Assembly: GCA_963707145.1 (NCBI GenBank)
Contig: CAVPOQ010000006.1
Coordinates: forward strand, 30,159 to 94,158
Direction of reading: 5' to 3'
Length of the DNA: 64,000 nt
Source of the DNA: an uncultured Gammaproteobacteria bacterium
GTDB lineage: Bacteria; Pseudomonadota; Gammaproteobacteria; Steroidobacterales; Steroidobacteraceae
Of this stretch, positions 45,808-63,982 are shown piece by piece; the first letter of the stretch is position 1; every line of letters begins with the position of its first letter. Position numbers and translations under genes: made by a program. Below the pieces are notes generated by a model. It had not been told where the DNA came from. It made no database searches and was given only the letters and a program-made list of their open reading frames with translations.

Positions 45808-46504
45808 GGCCCCCGCCCCTGCCCGGCGCATTCTTGAGGGCCGCGTCGTAGCGGTTGTCGTCGCGGATCACGCGCGGCACGAGCGTTCGCGGCTCGATCG
45901 CCACGGGTTCGTAGACCACGCGACCCTGCGCCGCGTCGTAACGGACCTCGACGTTGCCGATCAACGGGAAGTCTTTGCGGAACGGGTGGCCGACGAAGCC
46001 GTAGTCCGTGAGGATGCGCCGCAGATCAGGATGGCCGCGAAACAGGATGCCGAACAGGTCGAAGGCCTCGCGCTCGTACCAGTCGGCGGCTCTCCAGACC
46101 TCCACCACCGAGTCGAGCAGCGGCGGCTCGCCCGGTTCGCACCAGCAGCGCAGGCGCAGGCGCCGGTTGTGCACCACCGAGAGCAGGTGGTAGACGACGA
46201 GGAAGCGCCGCTCCGGGGCGTCGCCGGCCGCGCGCGCGCGGCTCACGCCGCGACTGAAGCCGCCACTGGTGGCCGACTGCGTGTCCCACTCGGTGCGCCC
46301 AAAGTCGAGGTAGTCCACGCCCGCCAGGTCGATCAACTGCTCGTAGCGCCACTCGGCCTCCTCGCGCAGCGCGCGACAGATCTCGAGCAGGCGACTGCCC
46401 GGCACCTCGAACGTGAGTTCCCCGCAGCGCGAAGGCACCCGCGCGAGCGCCTCACCGAAGCGCGCGGACAGGGCGGAAGCGAGGCTTTCCAGCGGGTCGC
46501 TCAT
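45800..46504 (-). CDS. nuoC: NADH-quinone oxidoreductase subunit C
   Basis: Start at ATG 46504 ([13 protein letters not shown]..). [24 protein letters not shown] motif. 234 aa. Confidence 0.9.
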   Translation of the reverse strand: MSDPLESLASALSARFGEALARVPSRCGELTFEVPGSRLLEICRALREEAEWRYEQLIDLAGVDYLDFGRTEWDTQSATSGGFSRGVSRARAAGDAPERRFLVVYHLLSVVHNRRLRLRCWCEPGEPPLLDSVVEVWRAADWYEREAFDLFGILFRGHPDLRRILTDYGFVGHPFRKDFPLIGNVEVRYDAAQGRVVYEPVAIEPRTLVPRVIRDDNRYDAALKNAPGRGGGHG

Positions 46505-46511
46505 GGTCGGT

Positions 46512-46994
46512 TCAGCGGGCGATCGTCTGAGTCCGGTGGATCTTCTTCTGCAGCTGCAGGATGCCGTAGAGCAGCGCCTCGGCCGTGGGCGGGCAGCCCG
46601 GCACGTAGACGTCCACCGGCACGATGCGGTCGCAGCCGCGCACCACGGCATAGGAATAGTGGTAGTAGCCGCCGCCGTTTGCGCACGAGCCCATCGAGAT
46701 CACCCAGCGCGGCTCCGGCATCTGGTCGTAGACCTTGCGCAGCGCCGGCGCCATCTTGTTCACGAGGGTGCCGGCCACGATCATCACGTCGGACTGGCGC
46801 GGGCTTGGACGGAAGACGATGCCGAAGCGGTCGAGGTCGTAACGCGCGGCGCCTGCATGCATCATCTCGACCGCGCAGCAGGCGAGACCGAAAGTCATCG
46901 GCCACATCGAGCCCGTGCGGGCCCAGTTCATCACTGCGTCGACGCTGGTCGTGACGAAGCCGCGCTCGGGCAGCCCGGAGGCCTCTAATCCCAT
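46512..46994 (-). CDS. nuoB: NADH-quinone oxidoreductase subunit B
   Basis: Start at ATG 46994, overlapping the nuoA stop. [26 protein letters not shown] and GCPP motifs. 160 aa. Confidence 0.95.
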   Translation of the reverse strand: MGLEASGLPERGFVTTSVDAVMNWARTGSMWPMTFGLACCAVEMMHAGAARYDLDRFGIVFRPSPRQSDVMIVAGTLVNKMAPALRKVYDQMPEPRWVISMGSCANGGGYYHYSYAVVRGCDRIVPVDVYVPGCPPTAEALLYGILQLQKKIHRTQTIAR

Positions 46995-47341
46995 TCCAGG
47001 GCCCCCTTCTTCCACTCGTAGACGAAGCCGACCACGAGCACGAGCAGGAACACTCCCATGGCCGCGAGGCCTACGACGCCGATCGAATCGAGCGCGACAG
47101 CCCACGGGAAGAGGAACGCGATCTCGAGGTCGAAGACGATGAACAGGATGGCGACGAGGTAGTAGCGCACGTCGAACTTCATGCGCGAATCCTCGAATGC
47201 CTCGAACCCGCACTCGTACGAGGAGAGCTTCTCCGGGTCGGGGCTGCGCGGGCCGAGCAGGAAACCGAGCACGAGCAGCAGGACGCCGAGCGCGCCCGCG
47301 ACCGCGAGGAAGATCAGGATTGGCAGGTACTCGGCCAGCAT
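46985..47341 (-). CDS. nuoA: NADH-quinone oxidoreductase subunit A
   Basis: 118 aa. [33 protein letters not shown] is typical of NuoA. Confidence 0.95.
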   Translation of the reverse strand: MLAEYLPILIFLAVAGALGVLLLVLGFLLGPRSPDPEKLSSYECGFEAFEDSRMKFDVRYYLVAILFIVFDLEIAFLFPWAVALDSIGVVGLAAMGVFLLVLVVGFVYEWKKGALEWD

Positions 47342-47425
47342 CGCTCGGTGGCGTCCCGGAATGGCAATCCGACGGCCCGCAAATTCTAGCAGGGACTGCT
47401 GCGGCGCAGTATGGCTACAAACGAA

Positions 47426-47449
47426 CAGGCGAACCCGGAGGTTCGCCTG
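47426..47449 (-). terminator. Perfect 10-bp stem hairpin between tRNA-Leu and the nuo promoter region
   Basis: caggcgaacc-cgga-ggttcgcctg read directly. On the minus strand it is followed by TTCGTTTGT. Confidence 0.45.
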
Positions 47450-47458
47450 TCACGTACA

Positions 47459-47543
47459 TGGTGCGGATGGAGAGACTCGAACTCTCACGCCTTGCGGCAC
47501 TAACCCCTCAAGCTAGCGTGTCTACCAATTCCACCACATCCGC
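47459..47543 (-). tRNA. tRNA-Leu (anticodon GAG)
   Basis: 85 nt: GCGGATGTGGTGGAATTGGTAGACACGCTAGCTTGAGGGGTTAGTGCCGCAAGGCGTGAGAGTTCGAGTCTCTCCATCCGCACCA. 7-bp acceptor stem, long variable arm, T-arm GAGAG/CTCTC. Confidence 0.9.
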
Positions 47544-47569
47544 AGTAAGTCTCGACCGTCACTGTAAGG

Positions 47570-47998
47570 TCATTGTCCAGCCGGGGCCGGGGCCGGAGCA
47601 GGCTCGGGCGTCGTGACCGGAACCTCGGGAGCAGTGCCCGGCAGCGTGGCCGGTGCCGCGTTCTCGGGCACGCTCGGCAGCAGACCCGGGGGCGCCTGCG
47701 TCTCAAGCGGCGCAGGCTGCTCCGTCGGCACGCGGTCCACCACGCTGGTCGGTGCCGTTCTCTGGCTGAACAGGAAAGAGAGTCCGAGGCTCGTCAGGAA
47801 GAACAGCGTCGCGAGGATCGCGGTCGTCCTCGAGAGGAACGAACCCGACCCGCGCGCACCGAACACCGTGCCCGACGCGCCGGCGCCGAAGCCCGCGCCG
47901 GCGTCGGCGCCTCGGCCGCGCTGCAACAGCACGAGGCCGATGATGGACGCCGCGAGCAGCACGTGCACGACCACGGCCAGAGTCTGTACCCAGTTCAT
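47570..47998 (-). CDS. secG: Preprotein translocase subunit SecG with Pro-rich C-terminal extension
   Basis: MNWVQTLAVVVHVLLAASIIGLVLLQRGRGADAGAGFG..FGARGSGSFLSRTTAILATLFF. Position next to tpiA. The tail is P/A/E-rich. Confidence 0.9.
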   Translation of the reverse strand: MNWVQTLAVVVHVLLAASIIGLVLLQRGRGADAGAGFGAGASGTVFGARGSGSFLSRTTAILATLFFLTSLGLSFLFSQRTAPTSVVDRVPTEQPAPLETQAPPGLLPSVPENAAPATLPGTAPEVPVTTPEPAPAPAPAGQ

Positions 47999-48013
47999 CA
48001 GTTGACTCCTCGG

Positions 48014-48766
48014 TCAGCCGGCGGCCGCGCAGATCTGCGCAAACTCGTCCGCCTTGAGCGAGGCCCCGCCCACCAGGCCGCCATCGATGTCCGCCATGGC
48101 GAAAAGCTCGCGTGCGTTCGACGCCTTCACGCTGCCGCCGTAGAGGACTCTGACCTCGTTTGCGATTCTAGCATCCAGGGCCTCGACCCTCGCGCGGATC
48201 ATGGCGTGAACGTCCTGCGCCTGCTCGGGCGTGGCGTTGCGTCCGGTGCCGATCGCCCACACCGGCTCGTAGGCGATCACGGCCGAGCGCAACGCGGCCA
48301 CGCCGCACACCGCGAGCACCGCGTCGAGCTGGCGCGCCACCACCTCGGTCGTGCGACCCTGCTCGCGTTCCTCGAGGGTCTCGCCGACGCACAGCACCGG
48401 CACCAGTCCCGCCGCCTGAGCGGCCACGAACTTGCGCGCGACCAGCGCGTCGTGCTCCCCGAACAGCTGGCGTCGCTCGGAGTGGCCGACCAGCACGTAG
48501 CGGCAACCCACGTCGCGCAGCATCGCTCCCGAGACTTCGCCGGTGAACGCGCCGCTCGACTCCGCGCACAGCGACTGGGCCCCCAGGTCGATCTCGGCGT
48601 CCTTCAGCAGCCGGCCCGCCTCGGACAGGTAGACGAATGGCGGACAGACCAGCACGTCGGCGGCGAGCGACTCCGGCAGCCGGTCGAGCAGGTCGCGCAC
48701 CAGTGCCGCGTTCTCGGCCCGTGAGCCGTGCATCTTCCAGTTTCCGGCGACGAGGGGTTTGCGCAT
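48014..48766 (-). CDS. tpiA: Triose-phosphate isomerase
   Basis: 250 aa. [29 protein letters not shown] and GGSV motifs. Confidence 0.95.
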   Translation of the reverse strand: MRKPLVAGNWKMHGSRAENAALVRDLLDRLPESLAADVLVCPPFVYLSEAGRLLKDAEIDLGAQSLCAESSGAFTGEVSGAMLRDVGCRYVLVGHSERRQLFGEHDALVARKFVAAQAAGLVPVLCVGETLEEREQGRTTEVVARQLDAVLAVCGVAALRSAVIAYEPVWAIGTGRNATPEQAQDVHAMIRARVEALDARIANEVRVLYGGSVKASNARELFAMADIDGGLVGGASLKADEFAQICAAAG

Positions 48767-48883
48767 TGGAGGCCTGCACCGTGGGCGGGGACGGGCGCCG
48801 GGCCGGCGATGGGCCAGCGGGCGGACCGCGAAAAGCCCGCGATTTTAGCCACGGGTCACCGGGAAATCAATGCGCGCTGCGGT

Positions 48884-50215
48884 TCACACCGCCTGTCGCA
48901 CAACCTCCGCGAGTTCGTTCGCGTGCCGGGCGACGACGGCCTCGTCCTCGCCCTCGACCATGACCCGGATCAGTGGTTCGGTGCCCGAGGCGCGCAGCAC
49001 GACCCGTCCGCTCGCGCCGAGCGACGCCTCCACGCGCGCCACCGCCTGCTGGATCGCCGATGACTGCTTCGGGTCGACCCGCTCGCGCACGCGCACGTTC
49101 ACCATGACCTGCGGGAACTGCGGCATGCCGGCGGCCAGTTCCGCGAGCGAGCGGCCGGAGTGCTTCATTGCCGCCAGCACCTGCAACGCGCTCACCAACC
49201 CGTCCCCGGTCGTGGTCCGGTCGAGACACAACAAGTGCCCGGAGGTCTCGCCGCCCAGCACGCCGCCGTGCTCCTTCAGCATTTCGAGCACGTAGCGGTC
49301 GCCGACGGCGGCACGCAGGAACGTCACGCCGGCCGCCTCGAGCGCGTGCTGCAGGCCGAGATTGCTCATCACGGTCCCGACCACGGGCCCCTTGAGTTCG
49401 CCCTGCGCGAGCCGGTCGCGCGCGATGACGTACAGCAGCCGGTCGCCGTCGACGAGGCGTCCGAGGTGATCGACCATGACCAGCCGGTCGCCGTCGCCGT
49501 CGAGGGCGATGCCGACGTCGGCCTGCACGCCGGACACGGTGAGCTGCAGCAGTTCGGGCGCCGTCGAGCCGCAGCGCAGGTTGATGTTCCGTCCGTTCGG
49601 CGAGCAACCGATCGGGATGATCTCCGCGCCGAGGTCGGTCAGCACGCGCGGCGCCACCTTGTAGGCCGCACCGTGCGCACAGTCGATGACCACCTTGAGG
49701 CCCGCGAGGTCCATGCCGGGCGGCACGGTCGAGGCGCAGAACTGCTGGTAGATCACGCGCGACTTGTCCACGCGCGTGGCGCGACCGAGGCCGGTGGACT
49801 CGCGGGTCAGCACCGCTCCTGTCAGCAGCGCCTCTATCTGCCCCTCGACGTCGTCGGAGAGCTTGCTCCCGCCGGCGTCGAAAAACTTGATGCCGTTGTC
49901 CTCGTACGGGTTGTGCGAGGCGCTGATCACCACGCCGAAGCGACAGCCGAAGCGCTGCGTGAGGTAGGCGATCCCGGGTGTGGGCAGCGGCCCGATCAGG
50001 CTCACGTCCACACCGGCGGCCACGCAGCCGGCCTCCACCGCCGCCTCGAACATGTACCCGGACAGCCGCGTGTCCTTGCCGACCAGCGCCGTGCCGCCCT
50101 GCGGCGCCAGCACGCGCGCCGCCGCACCCGCGAGCCGCAGCGCAAACTCGACTGTCATCGGCTCCTCGCCGACCCGCCCACGCACGCCGTCCGTGCCGAA
50201 ATACTTGCGGCTCAT
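48884..50215 (-). CDS. glmM: Phosphoglucosamine mutase
   Basis: MSRKYFGTDGVRG and the active-site ISASHNPYEDNGIKFF. Start preferred at ATG 50215 (ATGA overlap with the folP stop). The track ORF starts 2 codons earlier at 50221. Confidence 0.95.
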   Translation of the reverse strand: MSRKYFGTDGVRGRVGEEPMTVEFALRLAGAAARVLAPQGGTALVGKDTRLSGYMFEAAVEAGCVAAGVDVSLIGPLPTPGIAYLTQRFGCRFGVVISASHNPYEDNGIKFFDAGGSKLSDDVEGQIEALLTGAVLTRESTGLGRATRVDKSRVIYQQFCASTVPPGMDLAGLKVVIDCAHGAAYKVAPRVLTDLGAEIIPIGCSPNGRNINLRCGSTAPELLQLTVSGVQADVGIALDGDGDRLVMVDHLGRLVDGDRLLYVIARDRLAQGELKGPVVGTVMSNLGLQHALEAAGVTFLRAAVGDRYVLEMLKEHGGVLGGETSGHLLCLDRTTTGDGLVSALQVLAAMKHSGRSLAELAAGMPQFPQVMVNVRVRERVDPKQSSAIQQAVARVEASLGASGRVVLRASGTEPLIRVMVEGEDEAVVARHANELAEVVRQAV

Positions 50216-51060
50216 GTCCATCCACCTCCGGTCCCGGCGCGCTGCAGCGCGCTCGCCACTTTCACTGCATCCACCGTCGCCGCCACGTCGTGGGCACGGA
50301 CGATCGCCGCCCCGTGCATCACCGCCAGCGCCGCGAAAGCCACGCTGCCGGCGAGCCGCCCGGACGCCGGGCGGCCGGTGATGATACCGACCAGCGACTT
50401 GCGCGACACACCGACCAGTACCGCAATCCCGGGGTCCGCCAGCCGCTCGAGCGCCGCGAGCAGCGCGAGGTTGTGCTCGGGTCGCTTGCCGAAGCCGATG
50501 CCGGGGTCCACGCAGATCCGTTCCGACTCGATGCCCGCCCGGTGGCAGGCTTCAACCCGGGCGGCGAGATAGCCGCGAACCTCCGCGACCACGTCGTCGT
50601 AGCGCGGGGCGTCCTGCATCGTACGCGGCTCGCCTCGCATGTGCATGAGGCACACGGCCGCACCCGAGGCGGCGGCGGCCTGCAGCGCGCCGGGCGCCTC
50701 GAGCGCCCTGACATCGTTGATCAACCCGGCGCCTGCCGCGACCGCGGCGCGCATCACCTCCGGCTTGCTCGTGTCCACCGAGACCGGGATCGCGAGGCGG
50801 CCGGCCAGGCCCTCGATGACCGGCAGCACCCTGCGCATTTCCTCGGCGGCATCCACCGGTGTCGCGCCGGGGCGAGTCGACTCGCCGCCGACGTCGATGA
50901 CGGCGGCTCCTTCCTCCGCCAGCTGCAGTCCCTGCGCGATGGCCGCGTCCGCGCAGCCGTAGCGCCCGCCGTCGGAGAACGAGTCCGGCGTGACGTTCAG
51001 CACGGCCATCACGGCGGGAGTGACCAGTTCGATCGGCTGGCCGCGGCAGAGGAGTCGCAT
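50212..51060 (-). CDS. folP: Dihydropteroate synthase
   Basis: 282 aa. VMAVLNVTPDSFSDGG, IDVGGESTRPGA and GIGFGK motifs. Confidence 0.95.
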   Translation of the reverse strand: MRLLCRGQPIELVTPAVMAVLNVTPDSFSDGGRYGCADAAIAQGLQLAEEGAAVIDVGGESTRPGATPVDAAEEMRRVLPVIEGLAGRLAIPVSVDTSKPEVMRAAVAAGAGLINDVRALEAPGALQAAAASGAAVCLMHMRGEPRTMQDAPRYDDVVAEVRGYLAARVEACHRAGIESERICVDPGIGFGKRPEHNLALLAALERLADPGIAVLVGVSRKSLVGIITGRPASGRLAGSVAFAALAVMHGAAIVRAHDVAATVDAVKVASALQRAGTGGGWT

Positions 51061-51113
51061 GGATCAGGCGGCTGAAACGAAGCGCCCGGCGGTGCCGGGC
51101 GCTTCAGGAAGCA

Positions 51114-53033
<1,920 letters not shown>

Positions 53034-53095
53034 GTTCTTGACCTCAGGGTCGGTTTCGGCGCAGGCGCTGCAGAACGCGTATACGCCGGATGACA

Positions 53096-53722
53096 CTACA
53101 CCAATCGAAATCCGCGTGCCAGAACGTACACCTCGGCACTGCGGGGCCTCGAAGCTTTCGGCTTGCGCAACTTCACGGATTCAAACGAACCCCGCAGCCG
53201 CGCGATCAGCGGCTGGAACTCCCGGCCCTGGAACACCTTCATCAGCAGGTCGCCACCGGGTCGCAGCGCCTCTCCGGCGAACTCCTCCGCCAGTTCCACC
53301 AGCTGCATCGAGCGGTCGTGATCCACGTCCGGCATGCCCGTCATGTTGGGGGCCATGTCGGACATCACAAGGTCGACCCGCAACCCGCCGAGCAGATCGC
53401 GCAGGCGCTCGAGCGTCGCCTCCTCGCTGAAGTCGCCCTCGATGAACTCGACTCCCGGCAGCGCGGGCATGGGCAGCACGTCGAGGGCGATCACCCGTCC
53501 ACGTCCGCCGAGCAGCCGGGCGGCGTACTGGCTCCAGCCGCCCGGAGCGGCGCCGAGATCGACGACAGTCATGCCGGACCTGAGCAGCCGGTCGGACCGC
53601 TGGATCTCCTCGAGCTTGAAGGCGGCTCGCGAGCGCCAGCCCTCGGCGCGGGCGCGTTGCACGAAGGGATCGGCGGCGTGCTCGGCGAGCCAGCGGGCGG
53701 AGCTCCTGGTGCGCTTGGGCAT
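53096..53722 (-). CDS. rlmE: 23S rRNA (uridine2552-2'-O)-methyltransferase RlmE/FtsJ
   Basis: 208 aa. [30 protein letters not shown] and [13 protein letters not shown] (SAM motif). Upstream of ftsH. Confidence 0.95.
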   Translation of the reverse strand: MPKRTRSSARWLAEHAADPFVQRARAEGWRSRAAFKLEEIQRSDRLLRSGMTVVDLGAAPGGWSQYAARLLGGRGRVIALDVLPMPALPGVEFIEGDFSEEATLERLRDLLGGLRVDLVMSDMAPNMTGMPDVDHDRSMQLVELAEEFAGEALRPGGDLLMKVFQGREFQPLIARLRGSFESVKLRKPKASRPRSAEVYVLARGFRLV

Positions 53723-53866
53723 GGCTCAGCATCCTCTGCGGCCGGCCGGCGGATCACTGGCCCGGGCTGCGGCCAGGCGCCCGGGGCCTGTAGACTGTCG
53801 CGCGGCGCCGCAGGTGCCCCGGCGGCGCAATCTCCCTGCCGGAAACCCCGGTCCGCAAGCCAACCG

Positions 53867-54163
53867 ATGCCGCTCAACGACGCCCAGCGCAAGTACCTCC
53901 GACGCCTCGGCCACGACCGCAGTCCGATCGTGCTCGTCGGCCAGGGCGGCCTGGGGCCCAACCTCGTCGCCGAGCTGGACCGGGCGCTGCGCGACCACGA
54001 ACTCGTGAAAGTCCGCGCGCGGGTCGGTGACCGCGGCGAGCGCGACCGCGTCCTGGCCGGACTCGCGGCGCAGACCGGGGCGGAACTCGTGCAGCAGATC
54101 GGGCACGTAGGCCTGTTCTACCGCCGCCACCCGGACCGGCCGCGGATCCTGCTCCCGGACTGA
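53867..54163 (+). CDS. yhbY: YhbY-like CRM-domain RNA-binding protein
   Basis: Start at ATG 53867 (MPLNDAQRKYLRRLGHDRSPIVLVGQGGL..ELVKVR..). 98 aa. Divergent from rlmE, as in E. coli. Confidence 0.85.
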   Translation: MPLNDAQRKYLRRLGHDRSPIVLVGQGGLGPNLVAELDRALRDHELVKVRARVGDRGERDRVLAGLAAQTGAELVQQIGHVGLFYRRHPDRPRILLPD

Positions 54164-54206
54164 CGGCCCGGCTCCGGCGGCCCGCCCGCGGGCAGCGCGG
54201 CGGCGT

Positions 54207-54679
54207 TCAGACGTAGCGCACCGCCACGATCTCGAAGGCGCGCGTGCCCCCGGGCACGGCCACGTCGACGACGTCGCCCTCGCTCTTGCCGACCAGCGCC
54301 CGGGCGATCGGCGAGGTGATCGAGATCAGTCCGAGGCGCACGTCGGCCTCGAGCTCGCCCACGATCTGGAAAACGACCTCGGCCCCATCGTCCTGGTCCT
54401 CGAGGTCCACCGTGGCTCCGAACACGACCCGGTTGGTCGGCGGCAGGTGCCCGACATCGATGATCTCGCAGTGCGACAGCTCGTGGTCGAGCTGCTTGAT
54501 GCGGCCCTCGATGAATCCCTGCTGCTCGCGAGCGGCGTGATACTCGGCGTTCTCGCTCAGGTCGCCGTGGGCGCGCGCTTCGGCGATCGCCTGGATGACG
54601 CGCGGGCGGTCCTCGCTCTTCAGCCGCCGCAGCTCGATCCGCAGTCTCTCTGCTCCCTTGAGGGTCAGCGGCTTGCGTT

Positions 54680-54683
<4 letters not shown>
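54207..54683 (-). CDS. greA: Transcription elongation factor GreA
   Basis: Start at ATG 54683 (ATGA overlap with the carB stop). 158 aa: [46 protein letters not shown]. Confidence 0.95.
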
Positions 54684-57904
<3,221 letters not shown>

Positions 57905-57923
57905 GGCGGTTGCGCTCCCCGGC

Positions 57924-59081
57924 TCAGGCCGACTGGCGCGCAGGGACGACGCCCTTGCGCAGCATCGACTCGACGAAGCGTGAGAACAGCGGCGCGAGGT
58001 CGCGCGGGCCCGGGCTCGCCTCCGGGTGGCCCTGGAAGCTGAAGGCCGGCCGGTCCGTGCAGGCGATGCCCTGCAGCGAACCGTCGAACAACGAGCGGTG
58101 CGTGGCCCGCACCTCCGGCGGCAGCGTGGCCTCATCGACCGCGAAGCCGTGGTTCTGGCTCGAGATGAACACGCGTCCGGAGTCCAGATCGATCACCGGG
58201 TGGTTCGCGCCGTGGTGACCGAACTTCATCTTGAGCGTGCGGGCGCCGACCGCGAGCCCGAGCAGCTGGTGCCCGAGGCAGATGCCGAACAGTGGCACGC
58301 CCGCCTCGAGCAGGCGGCGGATCGCCACGATCGCGTAGTCGCAGGGTTCGGGGTCGCCCGGGCCGTTGGAGAGGAACACGCCGTCGGGCTCGAGCGCGAG
58401 CACCTCCTCGGCCGGGGTCTGCGCCGGCACCACCGTCATGCGGCAGCCGTGGTCGGAGAGCAGGCGCAGGATGTTGCGCTTGATGCCGAAGTCGTAGGCG
58501 ACGACGTGCAGCCGCTGCCCGGGGCGGCGCTTCGGTCCGCGCTCCAGCGACCAGTTGGTACCCTCGTTCCACTGGTAAGGCCGCCGGGTCGACACCACCT
58601 TGGCGAGGTCCATGCCCTTCAGCCCGGGGAACCGGCGCGCCGCCTCGCGTGCGAGGTCCGGGCGGGCTGCCGCGTCGCCGCTGGCGATGCAGCCGGCCTG
58701 CGCGCCCTTCTCGCGCAGGATGCGGGTGAGCTTGCGCGTGTCGATCTCGGCGATCGCCACCACGCCGCCGCGAATGAGGAACTCCGGCAGCGACTCGGTG
58801 GCGCGCCAGTTGGAGTGCAGCAACGGCAGGTCGCGGATCACGAGTCCGGCGGCATGGATGGCGCCCGACTCGAGGTCCTCGGGATTCGTGCCCGTGTTGC
58901 CGATGTGGGGATAGGTCAGGGTGACGATCTGCCGGGAGTAGGAGGGATCCGACAGGATCTCCTGGTAACCGGTCATGGCCGTGTTGAACACGACTTCACC
59001 GGTCGCGGTGCCGGACGCACCGATGGAAACGCCGCGGAACACGGTGCCGTCCTCGAGCGCCAGAACAGCGGGTGTCGTCAA
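57924..59081 (-). CDS. carA: Carbamoyl-phosphate synthase small subunit
   Basis: TTG start at 59081 with GGAGGAGG 5 nt upstream ([16 protein letters not shown]..). GATase motif [10 protein letters not shown]. 385 aa. The upstream part of the track ORF is junk. Confidence 0.9.
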   Translation of the reverse strand: MTTPAVLALEDGTVFRGVSIGASGTATGEVVFNTAMTGYQEILSDPSYSRQIVTLTYPHIGNTGTNPEDLESGAIHAAGLVIRDLPLLHSNWRATESLPEFLIRGGVVAIAEIDTRKLTRILREKGAQAGCIASGDAAARPDLAREAARRFPGLKGMDLAKVVSTRRPYQWNEGTNWSLERGPKRRPGQRLHVVAYDFGIKRNILRLLSDHGCRMTVVPAQTPAEEVLALEPDGVFLSNGPGDPEPCDYAIVAIRRLLEAGVPLFGICLGHQLLGLAVGARTLKMKFGHHGANHPVIDLDSGRVFISSQNHGFAVDEATLPPEVRATHRSLFDGSLQGIACTDRPAFSFQGHPEASPGPRDLAPLFSRFVESMLRKGVVPARQSA

Positions 59082-59274
59082 GGTCGCCTCCTCCGTTCCA
59101 CCGGCCCGCCGACGGCCGGCAGACACGTTTCGCGCGTGCGCCGACCTCCGAGATGAGCGTTGCTCACCCCGGTCGCGTTTGGCTCCACGGGCTAAGTCAG
59201 GAAGTCTACGCGAGGGCCGCACGAGGCGCCACGCGAAAACGGCGTCGCGCCGGCAACCCGCCGCCGTCGGCCGG

Positions 59275-60075
59275 CTACAGCCCGAGCACGTCCAGCATCG
59301 AGTAGAGCCCCGGCGGTCGGCCGGCCACCCAGCGGGCAGCAACGAGCGCCCCGCGGGCGAATGCGGAGCGGTCCTCGGCGTGGTGCGCCAGTTCCACCCG
59401 CTCGCCGGGGCCGGCGAAGACGAGGCGATGGTCGCCGACGATGTCCCCGCCACGCACCACGGCGAAGCCGATCGCGCCGTCCGGGCGCGGTCCGCTCGCC
59501 CCGTGCCGGTCGTACACGGCGGCCAGCTCGAGCGTCGTTCCGCGTCCGCGGGCCACGGCATGCCCGAGGCCGAGCGCCGTGCCGCTCGGCGCGTCGACCT
59601 TGTGGCGGTGGTGGGCCTCGACGATCTCCGCGTCGTACCCGGACCCGAGGGCGCGGGCCGCAAGTTCCGCCAGTCTGAACAGCAGGTTGACGCCGAGACT
59701 CATGTTCGGGGCCAGCACGACCGGGATCGTGGCCGCGAGACGCGCCAGCTCGGCGCGGCCGGCGTCGTCGTGCCCGGTGGTGCCGATCACGAGCGGAATT
59801 CCCGCCGCGGCGCAGCGCCGGGCATGCGCGAGCGACGGCGCCGGAAGGGTGAAGTCGATCGCCACCGCGGCGCCATCGAGTGCGAGACCGGGATCGCTGC
59901 CGATGGCCACGGCGAGCGGCGCGATGCCGGCGATTACGCCCGCGTCGTGGCCGGTCGCAGCGTCGCCTGGGGCTGCCAGGGCGCCGCTCAGGCGCAGGTC
60001 GCTCGCCTCCGCCAGCAGCGCGACGATGGTCCGCCCCATCCGGCCCGATGCGCCGAGCACTGCGATATTCAGCAC
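59275..60075 (-). CDS. dapB: 4-hydroxy-tetrahydrodipicolinate reductase
   Basis: GTG start at 60075 ([14 protein letters not shown]). [15 protein letters not shown] motif. 266 aa. Confidence 0.9.
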   Translation of the reverse strand: MLNIAVLGASGRMGRTIVALLAEASDLRLSGALAAPGDAATGHDAGVIAGIAPLAVAIGSDPGLALDGAAVAIDFTLPAPSLAHARRCAAAGIPLVIGTTGHDDAGRAELARLAATIPVVLAPNMSLGVNLLFRLAELAARALGSGYDAEIVEAHHRHKVDAPSGTALGLGHAVARGRGTTLELAAVYDRHGASGPRPDGAIGFAVVRGGDIVGDHRLVFAGPGERVELAHHAEDRSAFARGALVAARWVAGRPPGLYSMLDVLGL

Positions 60076-60082
60076 GACCAGC

Positions 60083-61219
60083 TCACTCCCCGAGGCTGCG
60101 GAAGAAGCGCTTGACCCCGTCGAGCCAGGAGTCCTCGCGCGGGTGGTGACGGCTGGAGTCGCTCTGCAGCGACTCCTCGAACTGCTGCAGCAGTTCCTTC
60201 TGCTCGCGCGTGAGGTCGACGGGCGTTTCGACCACCACCCGGCAGAAGAGGTCACCGGTCGCGCCTCCGCGCACGGGCTTGATGCCCTTCTCGCGCAGCC
60301 GGAAGACCCGTCCGGACTGAGTCTCCGCCGGAATCTTGATCGTTGCCTGGCCATCGAGCGTCGGCACCTCGACGGAACCGCCGAGTGCCGCGCGCGCGAA
60401 GCTCACCGGCACCTCGCAGGACAGATGGCTGCCGTCGCGCTCGAAGATCGGATGCTCGCGCACCCGGACCTCGACATAGAGGTCGCCGGTGGGCCCGCCG
60501 TTGCGCCCCGTCTCGCCCTCGCCCGACAGCCGGATGCGGTCGCCCGTGTCGACGCCCGCGGGCACCTTCACGGACAGCGTCTTCTGCTTGCGCTGGCGGC
60601 CCTGGCCGCGGCACTTTCCGCAGGGGTCGCTCACGATCTGGCCGCGCCCGTGGCAGCGCGGGCAGGTCTGCTGCACGGTGAAAAACCCCTGCTGCATCCG
60701 TACCTGGCCGGCACCCCGGCAGGTGTCGCAGGGCGCGGGCTTCGAGCCCTTCGCCGCGCCGCTGCCGCTGCATTCCTCGCACTCCGCGAGCGTCGTGAAC
60801 TCGATGCTGCAGGTGTCGCCGAACACCGCCTGCTCGAGGTCGAGCTCGAGCTCGTAGCGCAGGTCGGCGCCGCGGAACACCTGCGAGCGACCACGGCGGC
60901 CGCCACCGAAGATGTCGCCGAACACGTCGCCGAAGATGTCGCCGAAGGCGTCCCGGGGGTCGAAGCCCCCGCCTGCGCCCCCGCCACGCATGCCGTCCAC
61001 GCCGGCGTGGCCGAACTGGTCGTAGGCCGCTCGCTTCTGGGCGTCGGTGAGGGTCTCGTAGGCCTCCTTGGCCTCCTTGAACTTACCCTCGGCGTCCCCG
61101 TCGCCCGGATTGCGATCCGGGTGGAACTTCATGGCGAGGCGGCGGTAGGCCTTCTTGATGTCGGCCTCCGACGCCGTCCGCGGCACGTCGAGGACCTGGT
61201 AGTAGTCGCGCTTCGCCAT
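60083..61219 (-). CDS. dnaJ: Molecular chaperone DnaJ
   Basis: J domain ([21 protein letters not shown]), G/F region and four CxxCxGxG zinc motifs. 378 aa. Confidence 0.95.
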   Translation of the reverse strand: MAKRDYYQVLDVPRTASEADIKKAYRRLAMKFHPDRNPGDGDAEGKFKEAKEAYETLTDAQKRAAYDQFGHAGVDGMRGGGAGGGFDPRDAFGDIFGDVFGDIFGGGRRGRSQVFRGADLRYELELDLEQAVFGDTCSIEFTTLAECEECSGSGAAKGSKPAPCDTCRGAGQVRMQQGFFTVQQTCPRCHGRGQIVSDPCGKCRGQGRQRKQKTLSVKVPAGVDTGDRIRLSGEGETGRNGGPTGDLYVEVRVREHPIFERDGSHLSCEVPVSFARAALGGSVEVPTLDGQATIKIPAETQSGRVFRLREKGIKPVRGGATGDLFCRVVVETPVDLTREQKELLQQFEESLQSDSSRHHPREDSWLDGVKRFFRSLGE

Positions 61220-61320
61220 ACGATGTGCGGCCGATGTCCGGTCGGTAACGAAAAGCCGCCGCGGACGTTGTATCCCGCGGCGGCCAGTCAGTCAGTGCAG
61301 CATAACCCCTCGGGGCCAGC

Positions 61321-63255
<1,935 letters not shown>

Positions 63256-63293
63256 GGTGGGGCTCCGTCCAGTCAGGATTTCGTTGACCGCCT

Positions 63294-63321
63294 AGGTGGG
63301 GGTCGACGGCCGGGATTCAAG
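63294..63321 (-). promoter_or_regulatory. Candidate sigma-32 heat-shock promoter for dnaK
   Basis: The minus strand reads CTTGAA-N13-CCCCCACCT immediately after the grpE stop, against the consensus CTTGAAA-N13-14-CCCCATNT. Confidence 0.4.
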
Positions 63322-63882
63322 TCAGTTCGCATGCGGATCCGCTGCGGCGGGGTCCGGGACGCGGGCCACCAGCACCCGCGCCGGGCGCAGCAGGCGCCCG
63401 TTGAGCACGTAGCCCTTCTGGACCACGGCCAGCACGGTGCCCGGCGGCTGCTCGGCGCTCGGCTGGGTCGCAATGGCCTCGTGGAACTCCGGGTTGAAGG
63501 CCTGCCCCGCCGGGTCGAGCACACTCACGCCGGCCTTCTCAAAGGCCCGGTTGACCAGCCGCAACGTGGCCTCCATGCCCTCGAGCAGGCGTTCAGGCTG
63601 GGCGGTCGCAACGGACTGCAGGCCGAGTTCGAGGCTGTCGCGGACCTCGAGGAGGTCGCCAGCGAAGCGCTCGACCGCGTAGCGGCTGGCCGACTCGAGG
63701 TCCCGCTGGCCCCGCTTGCGGACGTTCTCGGTCTCGGCGACCGCCCGCAGATAGCTGTTCCAGTGCTCCTGGGCCCTCGCCTCGGCGTCGGCCAGCGCCG
63801 CCTCGAGGTCGTCGGGCACGGGATCCGCGGCGCCGCCTGGGGTGTCGTCCAGGTTCGATGGGGTGTCGGAGGGGTGGGTCAT
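63322..63882 (-). CDS. grpE: Nucleotide exchange factor GrpE
   Basis: Start placed at ATG 63882 (MTHPSDTPS..). ENVRKR, FNPEFHEA and GYVLNGRLLRPARV motifs. 186 aa. Confidence 0.9.
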   Translation of the reverse strand: MTHPSDTPSNLDDTPGGAADPVPDDLEAALADAEARAQEHWNSYLRAVAETENVRKRGQRDLESASRYAVERFAGDLLEVRDSLELGLQSVATAQPERLLEGMEATLRLVNRAFEKAGVSVLDPAGQAFNPEFHEAIATQPSAEQPPGTVLAVVQKGYVLNGRLLRPARVLVARVPDPAAADPHAN

Positions 63883-63954
63883 GTCGGCTCGCCTGGTTGC
63901 AGTGGCCGCGCCCCGTCCGGCCGCAATGGCCGAAGGCGACACGGGTCGCAGGGG

Positions 63955-63982
63955 ATATCGGGCCTAGCGGCGTGAATTCAAG
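63955..63982 (-). promoter_or_regulatory. Candidate sigma-32 heat-shock promoter for grpE
   Basis: The minus strand reads CTTGAA-N14-CCCGATAT, about 73 nt upstream of the grpE ATG. It is a close match to CTTGAAA-N13-14-CCCCATNT. Confidence 0.5.

Noticed and set aside
47570-47720. Pro-rich C-terminal extension of SecG as a separate feature
   Set aside because: It is continuous with the secG frame. Such low-complexity tails are common in high-GC bacteria and I have no evidence for a distinct function.
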